A DNA stretch of 64,000 bases from Gemmatimonadota bacterium. Its GTDB lineage: Bacteria > Gemmatimonadota > Gemmatimonadetes > Gemmatimonadales > Gemmatimonadaceae. The stretch spans positions 10,399-74,398 of the forward strand of contig JAHFCU010000004.1 in the NCBI GenBank assembly GCA_023249305.1. The letters are read 5' to 3'. The translations under genes and the position numbers were made by a program. Below are positions 9,597-17,305 of this stretch, piece by piece. Each line of letters opens with the position of its first letter. The stretch's first letter is position 1. Below the pieces are notes generated by a model. The model saw only the letters and a program-made list of their open reading frames with translations. It searched no databases and was not told the DNA's origin.

Positions 9597-10115
9597 ATGG
9601 ACCAAGATATGCAGAATAGTATTCGGAAACACCCGGATCCGTCGCTTATAGACCGAATAGACCGTGGCATTCTGGCCTACTTGCAGAACGATGCGCGGAT
9701 TTCCAACAAAGAGCTCGCGGCCAAGGTCGGACTCGCGCCGTCGAGCTGCCTCAGCCGCGTGCGCCGGCTCGAGGCGTCAGGCGCATTGCTTGGGTACCAC
9801 GCGGAAGTGGATCCGCGCGTTCACGGCGTCACGCTCGAGGCACTCGTCGCCGTGCGCTTGGAGAAGCACGCACGCGCGGCCATCGCGGGCTTCGAACGCC
9901 ACCTCAGCACGCTTGCCGAGGTGCGCGGAATCTTTCACGTGGCGGGTGCGAACGACTACCTGGTGCACGTCGCCGTGCGCGACTCGGAGCACCTGCGCGA
10001 CTTTCTGCTGTCGGCGTTCGCGACGCGCCCGGAAGTGGCGCACCTTGAGACGTCGCTCATCTTCTCGCACCGGCGCAACCCGCGCTTCGGCGGCGTCCCG
10101 CAAGCCTCGACGTAG
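9597..10115 (+). CDS. Lrp/AsnC family transcriptional regulator
   Basis: 172 aa. The HTH region reads DRGILAYLQNDARISNKELAAKVGLAPSSCLSRVRRLEASGAL and is followed by a RAM/ACT-like C-terminal domain. Confidence 0.9.
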   Translation: MDQDMQNSIRKHPDPSLIDRIDRGILAYLQNDARISNKELAAKVGLAPSSCLSRVRRLEASGALLGYHAEVDPRVHGVTLEALVAVRLEKHARAAIAGFERHLSTLAEVRGIFHVAGANDYLVHVAVRDSEHLRDFLLSAFATRPEVAHLETSLIFSHRRNPRFGGVPQAST

Positions 10116-10128
10116 CGCTTCGGCGGCG

Positions 10129-10905
10129 CTACGACAACTTGAACTTCCTGATGGCCGCGCGCGTGAACTCGCCGAGCGCCAGCTCGCCGACAATGGTCGC
10201 GCGCTCATCGAGGAGGTCCTTCCAGTCGTCGGTGCCCTCCCACAGCACACGCTTGATGGCGCGCACCGCAGCCGGATTCGCCGCCGCGAGCTGCGCGGCG
10301 CGCGCCGCCACTGCCTCATTGAGCGCCGCCGCGCCGGGGACGACCCGCGTGTACAGCCCGTGCTGCTCGGCCCAGGCCGCGTCGCGCCACTCGGCGTCGA
10401 GCGCCATCGCGCCGAAGGCTCCGACGCCAACCTTGTGCGCGATCACCGGGCCGACAACGAACGGACCAATGCCGAGGGCGAGCTCGCTGAGCTTGAGCGA
10501 CGCCTGCTCGACGGCGATCGCGTAGTCTGACGCCGCGACGAGGCCGACGCCGCCGCCCGTGACCTTGCCCTGCACCGCCGTGACGATGGGCACCGGCGCG
10601 CCGATCATCGCGAGAATCACGCGGGCAAAGCCGAGGAAGAACTCCTTGCCATCCTCGGGCGACTCAAGGCCGGCCAGCTCGTCGAACGACGCGCCCGCGC
10701 AAAACACGCCCTGCCCTTCGCTGCGCAGCACGATGACCCGCACGTCGTCGCGCTCTCCCGTGTGCTCGACCGTCGAGGCGAGCGACCGCAGCAATGTGCC
10801 GGGCAGCGAGTTGCTCTTGACGTGGCTGAACGTGATGGTCGCGATGCCGGCAGCCACGTGGAGGTCCACGGAGCCGTCGTCGGAGAACACCGTCGTTGTC
10901 GTCAT
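10129..10905 (-). CDS. enoyl-CoA hydratase/isomerase (crotonase) family protein, possibly the PaaF-type hydratase of the cluster
   Basis: ORF 10129..11106, trimmed to ATG 10905 (MTTTTVFSDDG...). The crotonase fold motifs VFCAGASFDE and GKVTGGGVGL are present. The gene is divergent from paaA. Confidence 0.8.
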   Translation of the reverse strand: MTTTTVFSDDGSVDLHVAAGIATITFSHVKSNSLPGTLLRSLASTVEHTGERDDVRVIVLRSEGQGVFCAGASFDELAGLESPEDGKEFFLGFARVILAMIGAPVPIVTAVQGKVTGGGVGLVAASDYAIAVEQASLKLSELALGIGPFVVGPVIAHKVGVGAFGAMALDAEWRDAAWAEQHGLYTRVVPGAAALNEAVAARAAQLAAANPAAVRAIKRVLWEGTDDWKDLLDERATIVGELALGEFTRAAIRKFKLS

Positions 10906-11026
10906 GGCTGGTTGGGCGTGATACCGAAAGAAAGGCGCGCACGCTAGCTTGAGCGTCACCCCAAGATACGATGTCGGCGCGCCCCGCGGCTGCCGCGGTC
11001 GCGCCGGTCGCGCGGAGGCCCCCCGT

Positions 11027-11971
11027 ATGACCACGACGTCCACGGCGTCCGAAGATTCCTCCCGGCTCGCGCAGTTCGAGGCGCGAATCGCCGCGGACGA
11101 GTCCATCGAACCGAAGGACTGGATGCCCGAGCGCTACCGGAAGCAGTTGATCCGGATGATGGCGCAGCACGCGCATTCCGAGGTGGTGGGAATGCTCCCC
11201 GAGGGGAACTGGATCACGCGCGCGCCGACGCTGCGGCGCAAGATGGTCCTGCTGGCCAAGGTGCAGGATGAGGCCGGCCATGGTCTCTACATCTACTGCG
11301 GCACCGAGACGCTCGGCGTGGACCGCCACGACCTCGTGCAGGAACTGCTCGACGGCAAGGCGAAGTACTCGAGCATCTTCAACTACCCGACGCTGACCTG
11401 GGCGGACATCGGCGCCATCGGCTGGTTGGTGGACGGCGCGGCGATCGTGAACCAGACCATGCTCGCCAAGGCCTCGTTCGGACCGTACGCCCGGGCGATG
11501 GTGCGCATCTGCAAGGAAGAGAACTTTCACAAGCGCCAAGGTTACGAGATCATGGCGACCCTCGCGCGCGGCACGGGCGCCCAGCGCGCCATGGCGCAGG
11601 ATGCGCTCAACCGGTGGTGGTGGCCGTCGCTGATGATGTTCGGCCCGCACGACAAGGACTCGACGAACAGCGACGAGCTGATGCGCTGGGGCATCAAGCG
11701 CAAGAGCAACGACGAGCTGCGCCAGCGCTTCGTCAACATGACCATCGTGCAGGCGCAGGCGATTGACCTCACGGTGCCCGATGCCGACCTGAAGTACAAC
11801 GAGATGACCGGAGACTGGGAGACGGGGCCGATTGACTGGGACGAGTTCTGGCGCGTGGTCAAGGGCAACGGACCGTGCAACAAGGAACGGCTCGACGCAC
11901 GGCGCAAGGCAGACGCTGATGGCGCCTGGGTGCGCGCGGCAGCGTCGGCGTACGTGGAGAAACACGCATGA
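11027..11971 (+). CDS. paaA: 1,2-phenylacetyl-CoA epoxidase, catalytic subunit A
   Basis: ORF 10949..11971, trimmed to ATG 11027. It has di-iron ferritin-like motifs ([11 protein letters not shown] ... DEAGHG). There is an ATGA overlap with paaB. Confidence 0.9.
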   Translation: MTTTSTASEDSSRLAQFEARIAADESIEPKDWMPERYRKQLIRMMAQHAHSEVVGMLPEGNWITRAPTLRRKMVLLAKVQDEAGHGLYIYCGTETLGVDRHDLVQELLDGKAKYSSIFNYPTLTWADIGAIGWLVDGAAIVNQTMLAKASFGPYARAMVRICKEENFHKRQGYEIMATLARGTGAQRAMAQDALNRWWWPSLMMFGPHDKDSTNSDELMRWGIKRKSNDELRQRFVNMTIVQAQAIDLTVPDADLKYNEMTGDWETGPIDWDEFWRVVKGNGPCNKERLDARRKADADGAWVRAAASAYVEKHA

Positions 11972-12267
11972 CCCAGTCTCCCGCCGAGAGATCCTGGCCG
12001 CTTTGGGAGGTTTTCACCCAGAGCAAGGAGGGTGAGCCTCACCAGCACGCGGGCAGCGTGCACGCCACTGACGCCGAACATGCGCTACAGAATGCGCGCG
12101 ACGTTTACGCGCGCCGCAACGAGGCCGTTAACCTCTGGGTCGTGCCGAGCGTGGTCATCACCGCGAGCACGCCGGAGGACGTTGGACCGTTTTTCGATCC
12201 GGCCAATGACAAGGCGTACCGACATCCGCAGTTCTACAAGGTGCCCAAGGGCGTGAAGGTCTTCTGA
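11968..12267 (+). CDS. paaB: 1,2-phenylacetyl-CoA epoxidase subunit B
   Basis: 99 aa. The sequence WPLWEVF...HAGSVHA.D.E.AL..ARD.Y.RR is typical of PaaB. The gene is translationally coupled on both sides. Confidence 0.9.
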   Translation: MTQSPAERSWPLWEVFTQSKEGEPHQHAGSVHATDAEHALQNARDVYARRNEAVNLWVVPSVVITASTPEDVGPFFDPANDKAYRHPQFYKVPKGVKVF

Positions 12268-13025
12268 TGCCGCCGCACCCCGCTCTCGTCCCCGCCCTGC
12301 TGCGGATCGGCGATGATCGCCTCGTGCTCGGCCACCGGACCTCCGAATGGTGCGGCCACGCCCCGATCCTCGAGGAGGACGTCGCGCTGGTCAACATCGC
12401 ACTCGATCTGATTGGACAGGCCAACCTCGTGCTGCAGCACGCGGGCGCGCTCGAAGGCACGGGGCGCGACCAGGATGCGCTTGCGTTCTTCCGCGAGGCG
12501 GTCGAGTTCCGAAACGCCCTTTTGTGCGAGTTGCCCAAGGGCGACTTTGGCGTGACGATCGTGCGACACTTCTTCCACAGCCTGTTCAGCGTGCTGCAGT
12601 GGGAGGCGCTGTCGCGATCAGCCGACACCACGCTCGCCGGCATCGCGGCGAAGGCGCTCAAGGAAAGCCGCTATCACGCGCGCCATTCGGGCGGGTGGGT
12701 GATCCGACTCGGCGATGGCACTGACGAAAGCCATCGACGTGCGCAGGAAGCAGTGGACGCGCTCTGGTCGTACACGGGCGAGCTCTTCATGCAGCCCGCG
12801 AATGAGGCGGACCTGGTCTCTGCCGGACTCACCCCGGACGTATCGACGCTCGAGCCCGCGTGGCGCGCGCAGGTGGACGACGTGCTGCGCCGCGCGACGC
12901 TCCGCGTCCCCGAGGTCGTGTGGATGCAGCGCGGCGGGCGCGACGGCCGGCACACCGAGCACCTCGGCCACATGCTGGCGGAAATGCAGATCGTCGCGCG
13001 GTCGCATCCGGGGGCGCAGTGGTGA
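12267..13025 (+). CDS. paaC: 1,2-phenylacetyl-CoA epoxidase subunit C
   Basis: 252 aa. The sequence LLRIGDDRLVLGHRTSEWCGHAPILEEDVALVNIALDLIGQA is typical of PaaC. There is a TGATG overlap with paaB. Confidence 0.85.
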   Translation: MPPHPALVPALLRIGDDRLVLGHRTSEWCGHAPILEEDVALVNIALDLIGQANLVLQHAGALEGTGRDQDALAFFREAVEFRNALLCELPKGDFGVTIVRHFFHSLFSVLQWEALSRSADTTLAGIAAKALKESRYHARHSGGWVIRLGDGTDESHRRAQEAVDALWSYTGELFMQPANEADLVSAGLTPDVSTLEPAWRAQVDDVLRRATLRVPEVVWMQRGGRDGRHTEHLGHMLAEMQIVARSHPGAQW

Positions 13026-13516
13026 GCACGCGCGCGCAGGTCCTCGCCTGGCTCGACGACGTCAAGGATCCCGAGGTTCCGGTGCTCTCGGTGGTGGAAC
13101 TCGGCGTCGTGCGTGACGCGCAAGTGGATGCCGACGGCGGCGTGACTGTCACTGTGACGCCGACGTACACTGGATGTCCGGCGATGCGCGTGATCGAGGA
13201 CTCTATCCGTGAGGCGCTGCTGCTGCGCGGCGCACCGCGCGTCACGGTGGCGACCGTGTTCACGCCGGCGTGGACCACCGATTGGATTCCCGAATCAGCG
13301 CGTGCGAAACTCGAGGCCTACGGCATCGCGCCGCCCGGCCCGGCGAGCGCGGTGGACGAACTCGTGCCGTTGCGGCGCGCGGACATCGCGGTCCGTTGCC
13401 CGTGGTGCAAGTCCATGCACACGACACTGCGCAGCGAGTTCGGCAGCACGTCGTGCAAGGCGCTGTGGGTCTGTGACGAGTGCCGTCAGCCGTTTGAGGC
13501 GTTCAAGGCGATATAG
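13022..13516 (+). CDS. paaD: phenylacetate degradation protein PaaD (SUF/FeS-assembly-like domain plus C-terminal Cys cluster)
   Basis: ORF 12860..13516, trimmed to GTG 13022, which overlaps the paaC stop (GTGA). The sequence contains DPEVPVLSVVELGVVRD ... TPTYTGCPA ... CPWC....C..C. Confidence 0.8.
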   Translation: MSTRAQVLAWLDDVKDPEVPVLSVVELGVVRDAQVDADGGVTVTVTPTYTGCPAMRVIEDSIREALLLRGAPRVTVATVFTPAWTTDWIPESARAKLEAYGIAPPGPASAVDELVPLRRADIAVRCPWCKSMHTTLRSEFGSTSCKALWVCDECRQPFEAFKAI

Positions 13517-13522
13517 CTTGCG

Positions 13523-13575
13523 CAGAGAACAACAGAGAACAACAGAGAACAACAGACTACAACAGACCAAGACAG
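13523..13575 (+). repeat. decamer tandem array A: (CAGAGAACAA)x3-CAGACTACAA-CAGACCAAGA-CAG
   Basis: Read directly from the sequence. The period is 10 bp, and the array starts 7 nt after the paaD stop. Confidence 0.95.
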
Positions 13576-13673
13576 CTTCGCCTTGGAGGGGCCGAGGGAG
13601 CGGACGCCTTCTTTCGTTTCCTCCCGAAACGATTTGATGCGTGTGCAGCGTGACTCGGAGCGTAGGGTGCCGC

Positions 13674-14081
13674 ATGCACCAGTACGAGAAACTCCAGCTC
13701 TGGAAGCGGGGGATTGCGCTGGCCGCTCACCTGCTTCGTCGGGCGCGAGCCGCTGGCGGGGCTTGGGGGGAACGGGCACTCTGGGAACAGATCACCAGGG
13801 CCGCCACGAGCATTCCTACAAATGTCGCTGAGGGCGCGCAGCGTGGATCGAACCGGGAGTTTGCGCGCTTCCTCGGGATTGCCACGGGCTCAGCCGCTGA
13901 ACTGCACTCGCTGATCTACCTCGCCGCCGAGGGCGGATCGCTCGGCCGGTCGGAGGCTCAGACGCTCGCTGGTGAAGCACAACAGCTTCGACGGATGGCC
14001 GCCGCCCTGCGCGCCCGCGCTGAAGGTTCTCGCAGAGAGAGCACTGAGCGCAGGGCAGAGCGCGTGCGCCGCCGGATCTGA
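13674..14081 (+). CDS. four-helix-bundle protein (23S rRNA intervening-sequence protein family, TIGR02436/PF05635 type)
   Basis: ORF 13641..14081, trimmed to ATG 13674. The sequence is YEKLQLWKRGIALA...QITRAATSIPTNVAEGAQRGSNREFARFLGIATGSAAELHSLIYLA, which is the family signature (IP.NIAEG, F..FL.IA.GS..E). Confidence 0.85.
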   Translation: MHQYEKLQLWKRGIALAAHLLRRARAAGGAWGERALWEQITRAATSIPTNVAEGAQRGSNREFARFLGIATGSAAELHSLIYLAAEGGSLGRSEAQTLAGEAQQLRRMAAALRARAEGSRRESTERRAERVRRRI

Positions 14082-14102
14082 CTCGAACGCGTTCGCCCTG
14101 CC

Positions 14103-14168
14103 CCTCTGTTGTAGTCTGTTGTAGTCTGTTGTAGTCTGTTGTACTCTGTTGTGCTCTGTTTCACTCTG
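14103..14168 (-). repeat. decamer tandem array B; reverse complement reads CAGAGTGAAA-CAGAGCACAA-CAGAGTACAA-(CAGACTACAA)x3-CAGAGG
   Basis: Read directly from the sequence. The array is inverted relative to array A and ends 2 nt before the stop codon of the convergent E1 gene. Confidence 0.95.
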
Positions 14169-14170
14169 CG

Positions 14171-16267
14171 CTATAGCGCCACTAGCGCCTCGATCCGCTC
14201 GCCAATCCGCTCCACCGTCGGCACGATCGCGTTGAGCAAGTCGGTGTGATACGCGACGGGAATGTCGGCTGGCGCGAGCCGCTGCACCGGCGCGTCGAGG
14301 TGCCAGAACGCGTCGCTTGCCACCGTCGCCGCGATTTCCGCGCCGAATCCCGCGGTCAGGTTGTCCTCGTGCACCACGAGGCAGCGCCCCGTCTTCTCGA
14401 CCGACGCGAGCACCGCCGCCTTGTCCCACGGCGCCACCGTGCGCAGGTCAATGAGCTCCACCGCGCCGCCGAATCGCTCCGCGGCTTCGGTGCACCGAAG
14501 CACCATCGCGCCCCACGTGACGACCGTGAGGTCCGTTCCCTCACGCACCACGCGCGCACGGCCGAAAGGCAGCACGTACTCGTCACCCGGGTATGGCGCG
14601 CTGCCGTCGGACGTCATCAGCAGCGAGCGGTGCTCGAAGAAGATCGCGGGATCGAGCCCGCGCATCGCGGCGCGCAACAGCCCGACGGCGTCGGACGCGT
14701 TGGAGGGAACTGCCACGTGCCACCCGTACGCATGCGCGAAGCGCACCTCGTCAGAGAGCGAATGCCACGGATCGCCGACATCCTTGCCGAATCCGCCCGG
14801 CATCCGCACGATGACCGGCGCGGCGAACCGATTGCGCGTGCGCCAGCGCATCGTGCCGAGGTTGTTCAGTTGCTCGGCGGCTGGATCGGCGTACTTGCGG
14901 AACTGGATCTCGGTGACGGGGACGAGCCCGGCGATCGCCATCCCGGACGCACGCCCGATGATGCCCTCCTCCGACAGCGAGGTGTCGAACACGCGCGCCG
15001 CGCCGTGCTTCTTCTGCAGGCCTTCCGTGACGAGGTGCACGCCGCCCTTGCGGCCGACGTCTTCGCCGAAAACGAGCACGCGCGGATTCGCGGCGAGTTC
15101 CACGTCCAGCGTGCGGCGCACGGCCTCCTGGAAGCGCAGCACCGTGCCGCCCAGCGACGGCTTGTCCGTGCCGCGCAGTCGCGTACGCTCCGCCGCCGGC
15201 ATGCCGCCCATGACCGCGGCTTCCTCGTCGCCGTAGACGAAGCGCCCCACCTCCGCTGCACTGGGCGCCGGCCGCGCGCGCGCCGCATCCACCGCCGCGC
15301 GCACCTCGTCGTCCACTGAGCGCATCATGTCGTCCCACGCGCGCGCCGTCATGAGCGCCGGCACGAGATACGCCTTGAGCTTCGGCAACGGGTCGCGCGT
15401 GAAGTCGGCCGCGATTTCCTCGTCGGTGCGATATCCCTTCTGGTTGTCCGGTCCGGAATGGCTGTTGAGTCGCGGCACGGTGAGATGCACCAGCGCGGCG
15501 CCGCATCCTGAACGGACGTGCGCGACGCATTCGGCCAACAGTCGCGCGGTCTCATCCGGGTTGGTGCCATCGCCGTCGCGAATGAACAGCTCGCCGAACG
15601 ACTGCAAGTTGCGCGCGATGTTCGCTCCTGGAGTCTGCATCGCGCCGCGCACCGAGATGCCGAGGTCGTTGTCCTCGATGTAGAACAGCATCGGCAGCCT
15701 GAGCGTCGTCGCCATTGTCAGCGCTGACCAGAAGCCGTTAGTCGCCACCGACCCGTCGCCGCCAAGCACGACGCCGATGGCGCCCTCGTACGACTCGTCC
15801 TTGAGCACGTCGCGATGATACGTGACGGCCTGCGCCCAGCCGGCAACCGGCGTGTACTGCGAGCCCACATCACCGGACATTGGCAGCACGGTGCAGCCGC
15901 TGCCGGGACGCGGCAGGTTGCACACGACGCCGATGTCGCGGCCGTCGCTGAAGCCGCCGGCGCGCCCCAGCGGGCTTCCGTGCGCGTCTTCGAGGCTCAG
16001 GCCCAGCGACAGGAGCAGCGGTCGCGAGCGGTAGTACGCCCCCGCGGCGTCGTGCGCTCCGGTCAGCAGTGACCCGAGGATCACCTGCGCCACTTCGTGG
16101 CCCTTCGCCGAGAACTGGTACTGGACCACGTGCTCCTTGGGCGTCGTCGCCTTCGAGCGATTTAGCAGCTCCTCGAGGTCGTCGAGGGTGCGCGACGCGA
16201 CGGCCGTGCGGGCAATCCGCACCCAGTCAAACTGCGGATCGGGAGAGGCGGCGTTCTTGGCGGCCAT
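14171..16267 (-). CDS. fused 2-oxoacid dehydrogenase E1 component (alpha/beta fusion, thiamine-diphosphate dependent)
   Basis: ORF 14171..16318, trimmed to ATG 16267. The N-terminal half has the TPP motif GGDGSVATNGFW...LPMLFYIEDNDLGIS. The C-terminal half is E1-beta-like (VLVFGEDVG..GGVH.VT.GL...FDT.LSEEGIIG). No E2 or E3 gene is nearby. Confidence 0.85.
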   Translation of the reverse strand: MAAKNAASPDPQFDWVRIARTAVASRTLDDLEELLNRSKATTPKEHVVQYQFSAKGHEVAQVILGSLLTGAHDAAGAYYRSRPLLLSLGLSLEDAHGSPLGRAGGFSDGRDIGVVCNLPRPGSGCTVLPMSGDVGSQYTPVAGWAQAVTYHRDVLKDESYEGAIGVVLGGDGSVATNGFWSALTMATTLRLPMLFYIEDNDLGISVRGAMQTPGANIARNLQSFGELFIRDGDGTNPDETARLLAECVAHVRSGCGAALVHLTVPRLNSHSGPDNQKGYRTDEEIAADFTRDPLPKLKAYLVPALMTARAWDDMMRSVDDEVRAAVDAARARPAPSAAEVGRFVYGDEEAAVMGGMPAAERTRLRGTDKPSLGGTVLRFQEAVRRTLDVELAANPRVLVFGEDVGRKGGVHLVTEGLQKKHGAARVFDTSLSEEGIIGRASGMAIAGLVPVTEIQFRKYADPAAEQLNNLGTMRWRTRNRFAAPVIVRMPGGFGKDVGDPWHSLSDEVRFAHAYGWHVAVPSNASDAVGLLRAAMRGLDPAIFFEHRSLLMTSDGSAPYPGDEYVLPFGRARVVREGTDLTVVTWGAMVLRCTEAAERFGGAVELIDLRTVAPWDKAAVLASVEKTGRCLVVHEDNLTAGFGAEIAATVASDAFWHLDAPVQRLAPADIPVAYHTDLLNAIVPTVERIGERIEALVAL

Positions 16268-16360
16268 GGCCAGACAAATATCGGAGCCGTGACGGGTGGC
16301 CGGAAGCGGCACCGTCACGGCATTATTGTACGGAGTTGCTGCCAGGCACAGTCGCGCATC

Positions 16361-16516
16361 GCCGTCCGTCGTCTGTCGTCGTCTGTCGTCGTCTGTCGTC
16401 GTCTGTCGTCGTCTGTCGTCGTCTGTCGTCTGCTGTCGTCTGCTGTCGTCTGCTGTCGTCTGCTATCGGCCGCTCGCCGTCCGCCGTCTGCCGTCCACCG
16501 TCTACCGTCCGCCGTC
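16361..16516 (-). repeat. decamer tandem array C: plus strand (GTCTGTCGTC)x6-(TGCTGTCGTC)x3 plus a degenerate period-10 tail; reverse complement CAGACGACGA
   Basis: Read directly from the sequence. There are about 15 units in the same orientation as array B. The array ends 1 nt before the paaG ATG. Confidence 0.95.
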
Positions 16517-16517
16517 A

Positions 16518-17300
16518 ATGCCCCCCCTGCTTGTCACCCGCGATTGCGGCGTGCTTCGCCTCACGCTGAACCGGCCGGACGTCCTGAACAGCTTCACGCG
16601 TGAGCTCTCGCACGCGGTGCAGCAGGCGCTGCGTGACGCGGCCAGCGATGACATCGTGCGCGCGGTGCTGCTTACCGGCGCGGGGCGCGGCTTCTGCGCC
16701 GGCCAGGACTTGGCCGAGGCGATGCCCGCGGACGGAACTGTTCCCGATCTTGGCGACTTCGTGCGTGACTCGTGGAATCCGGTCGTGAGCGCCATTCGCC
16801 ACCTGGAGAAGCCCGTGGTGTGCGCGGTGAATGGCGTCGCGGCCGGGGCGGGCGCGAATCTCGCGTTCGCCTGCGACATCATCTTCGCGGCAACCACCGC
16901 GACCTTCGTGCAGTCGTTCACGAAGATCGGCGTTATTCCCGATAGCGGCGGCACGTTCATCCTGCCGCGCCTCGCGGGCCTGCATCGCGCCGCAGTGATG
17001 ACGATGCTCGCCGAGAAGATGACCGCCGAGCAGGCACAAGAGATCGGCCTCGTGTATCGCGTTGTCGCACCCGAGTCGCTCGTGGAGATTGCGTTCGCGA
17101 CGGCGGCGCACCTCGCCACGCAGCCAACGCGCGCACTCGGCCTCATCAAACGCGCGTTCAATCGCTCACTCGGCGTGGACCTCGACGCGCAGCTGGCGTT
17201 CGAGGAAGAACTGCAGCGCGAGGCGGGGCGTACCGCTGACTACGCCGAGGGCGTGCGCGCGTTTCTCGAGAAGCGCGCGCCGCGCTTCTCGGGCCGGTAG
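16518..17300 (+). CDS. paaG: 2-(1,2-epoxy-1,2-dihydrophenyl)acetyl-CoA isomerase (crotonase family)
   Basis: ORF 16296..17300, trimmed to ATG 16518; the longer frame only translates the repeat array. LRLTLNRPDVLNSF...LLTGAGRGFCAGQDL closely parallels E. coli PaaG. Confidence 0.8.
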   Translation: MPPLLVTRDCGVLRLTLNRPDVLNSFTRELSHAVQQALRDAASDDIVRAVLLTGAGRGFCAGQDLAEAMPADGTVPDLGDFVRDSWNPVVSAIRHLEKPVVCAVNGVAAGAGANLAFACDIIFAATTATFVQSFTKIGVIPDSGGTFILPRLAGLHRAAVMTMLAEKMTAEQAQEIGLVYRVVAPESLVEIAFATAAHLATQPTRALGLIKRAFNRSLGVDLDAQLAFEEELQREAGRTADYAEGVRAFLEKRAPRFSGR

Positions 17301-17305
17301 TCCGC

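Noticed and set aside
12860-13021. The upstream part of ORF 12860..13516 as a longer PaaD, or as a hidden PaaE.
   Set aside because: It overlaps the paaC coding sequence in another frame and is Arg/Ala-rich. PaaD homology starts at about 13022. No ferredoxin-reductase-like (PaaE) sequence is present anywhere in the window.
13845-13854. GGATCGAACC, a tRNA T-arm-like string.
   Set aside because: It lies inside the four-helix-bundle coding sequence (codons for RGSNRE). No acceptor or anticodon arms can be built around it.
13523-16516. The three tandem-repeat arrays might be CRISPR arrays.
   Set aside because: The units are 10 bp and directly abutting, with no unique spacers. No cas genes are in the window. 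They are microsatellite-like decamer arrays, not CRISPR.
16296-16517. N-terminal extension of the paaG ORF, encoding SSSVVVCRRL-type peptide repeats.
   Set aside because: It is only the translation of array C. Homology to PaaG begins at ATG 16518, and the extension overlaps the divergent E1 gene start region.
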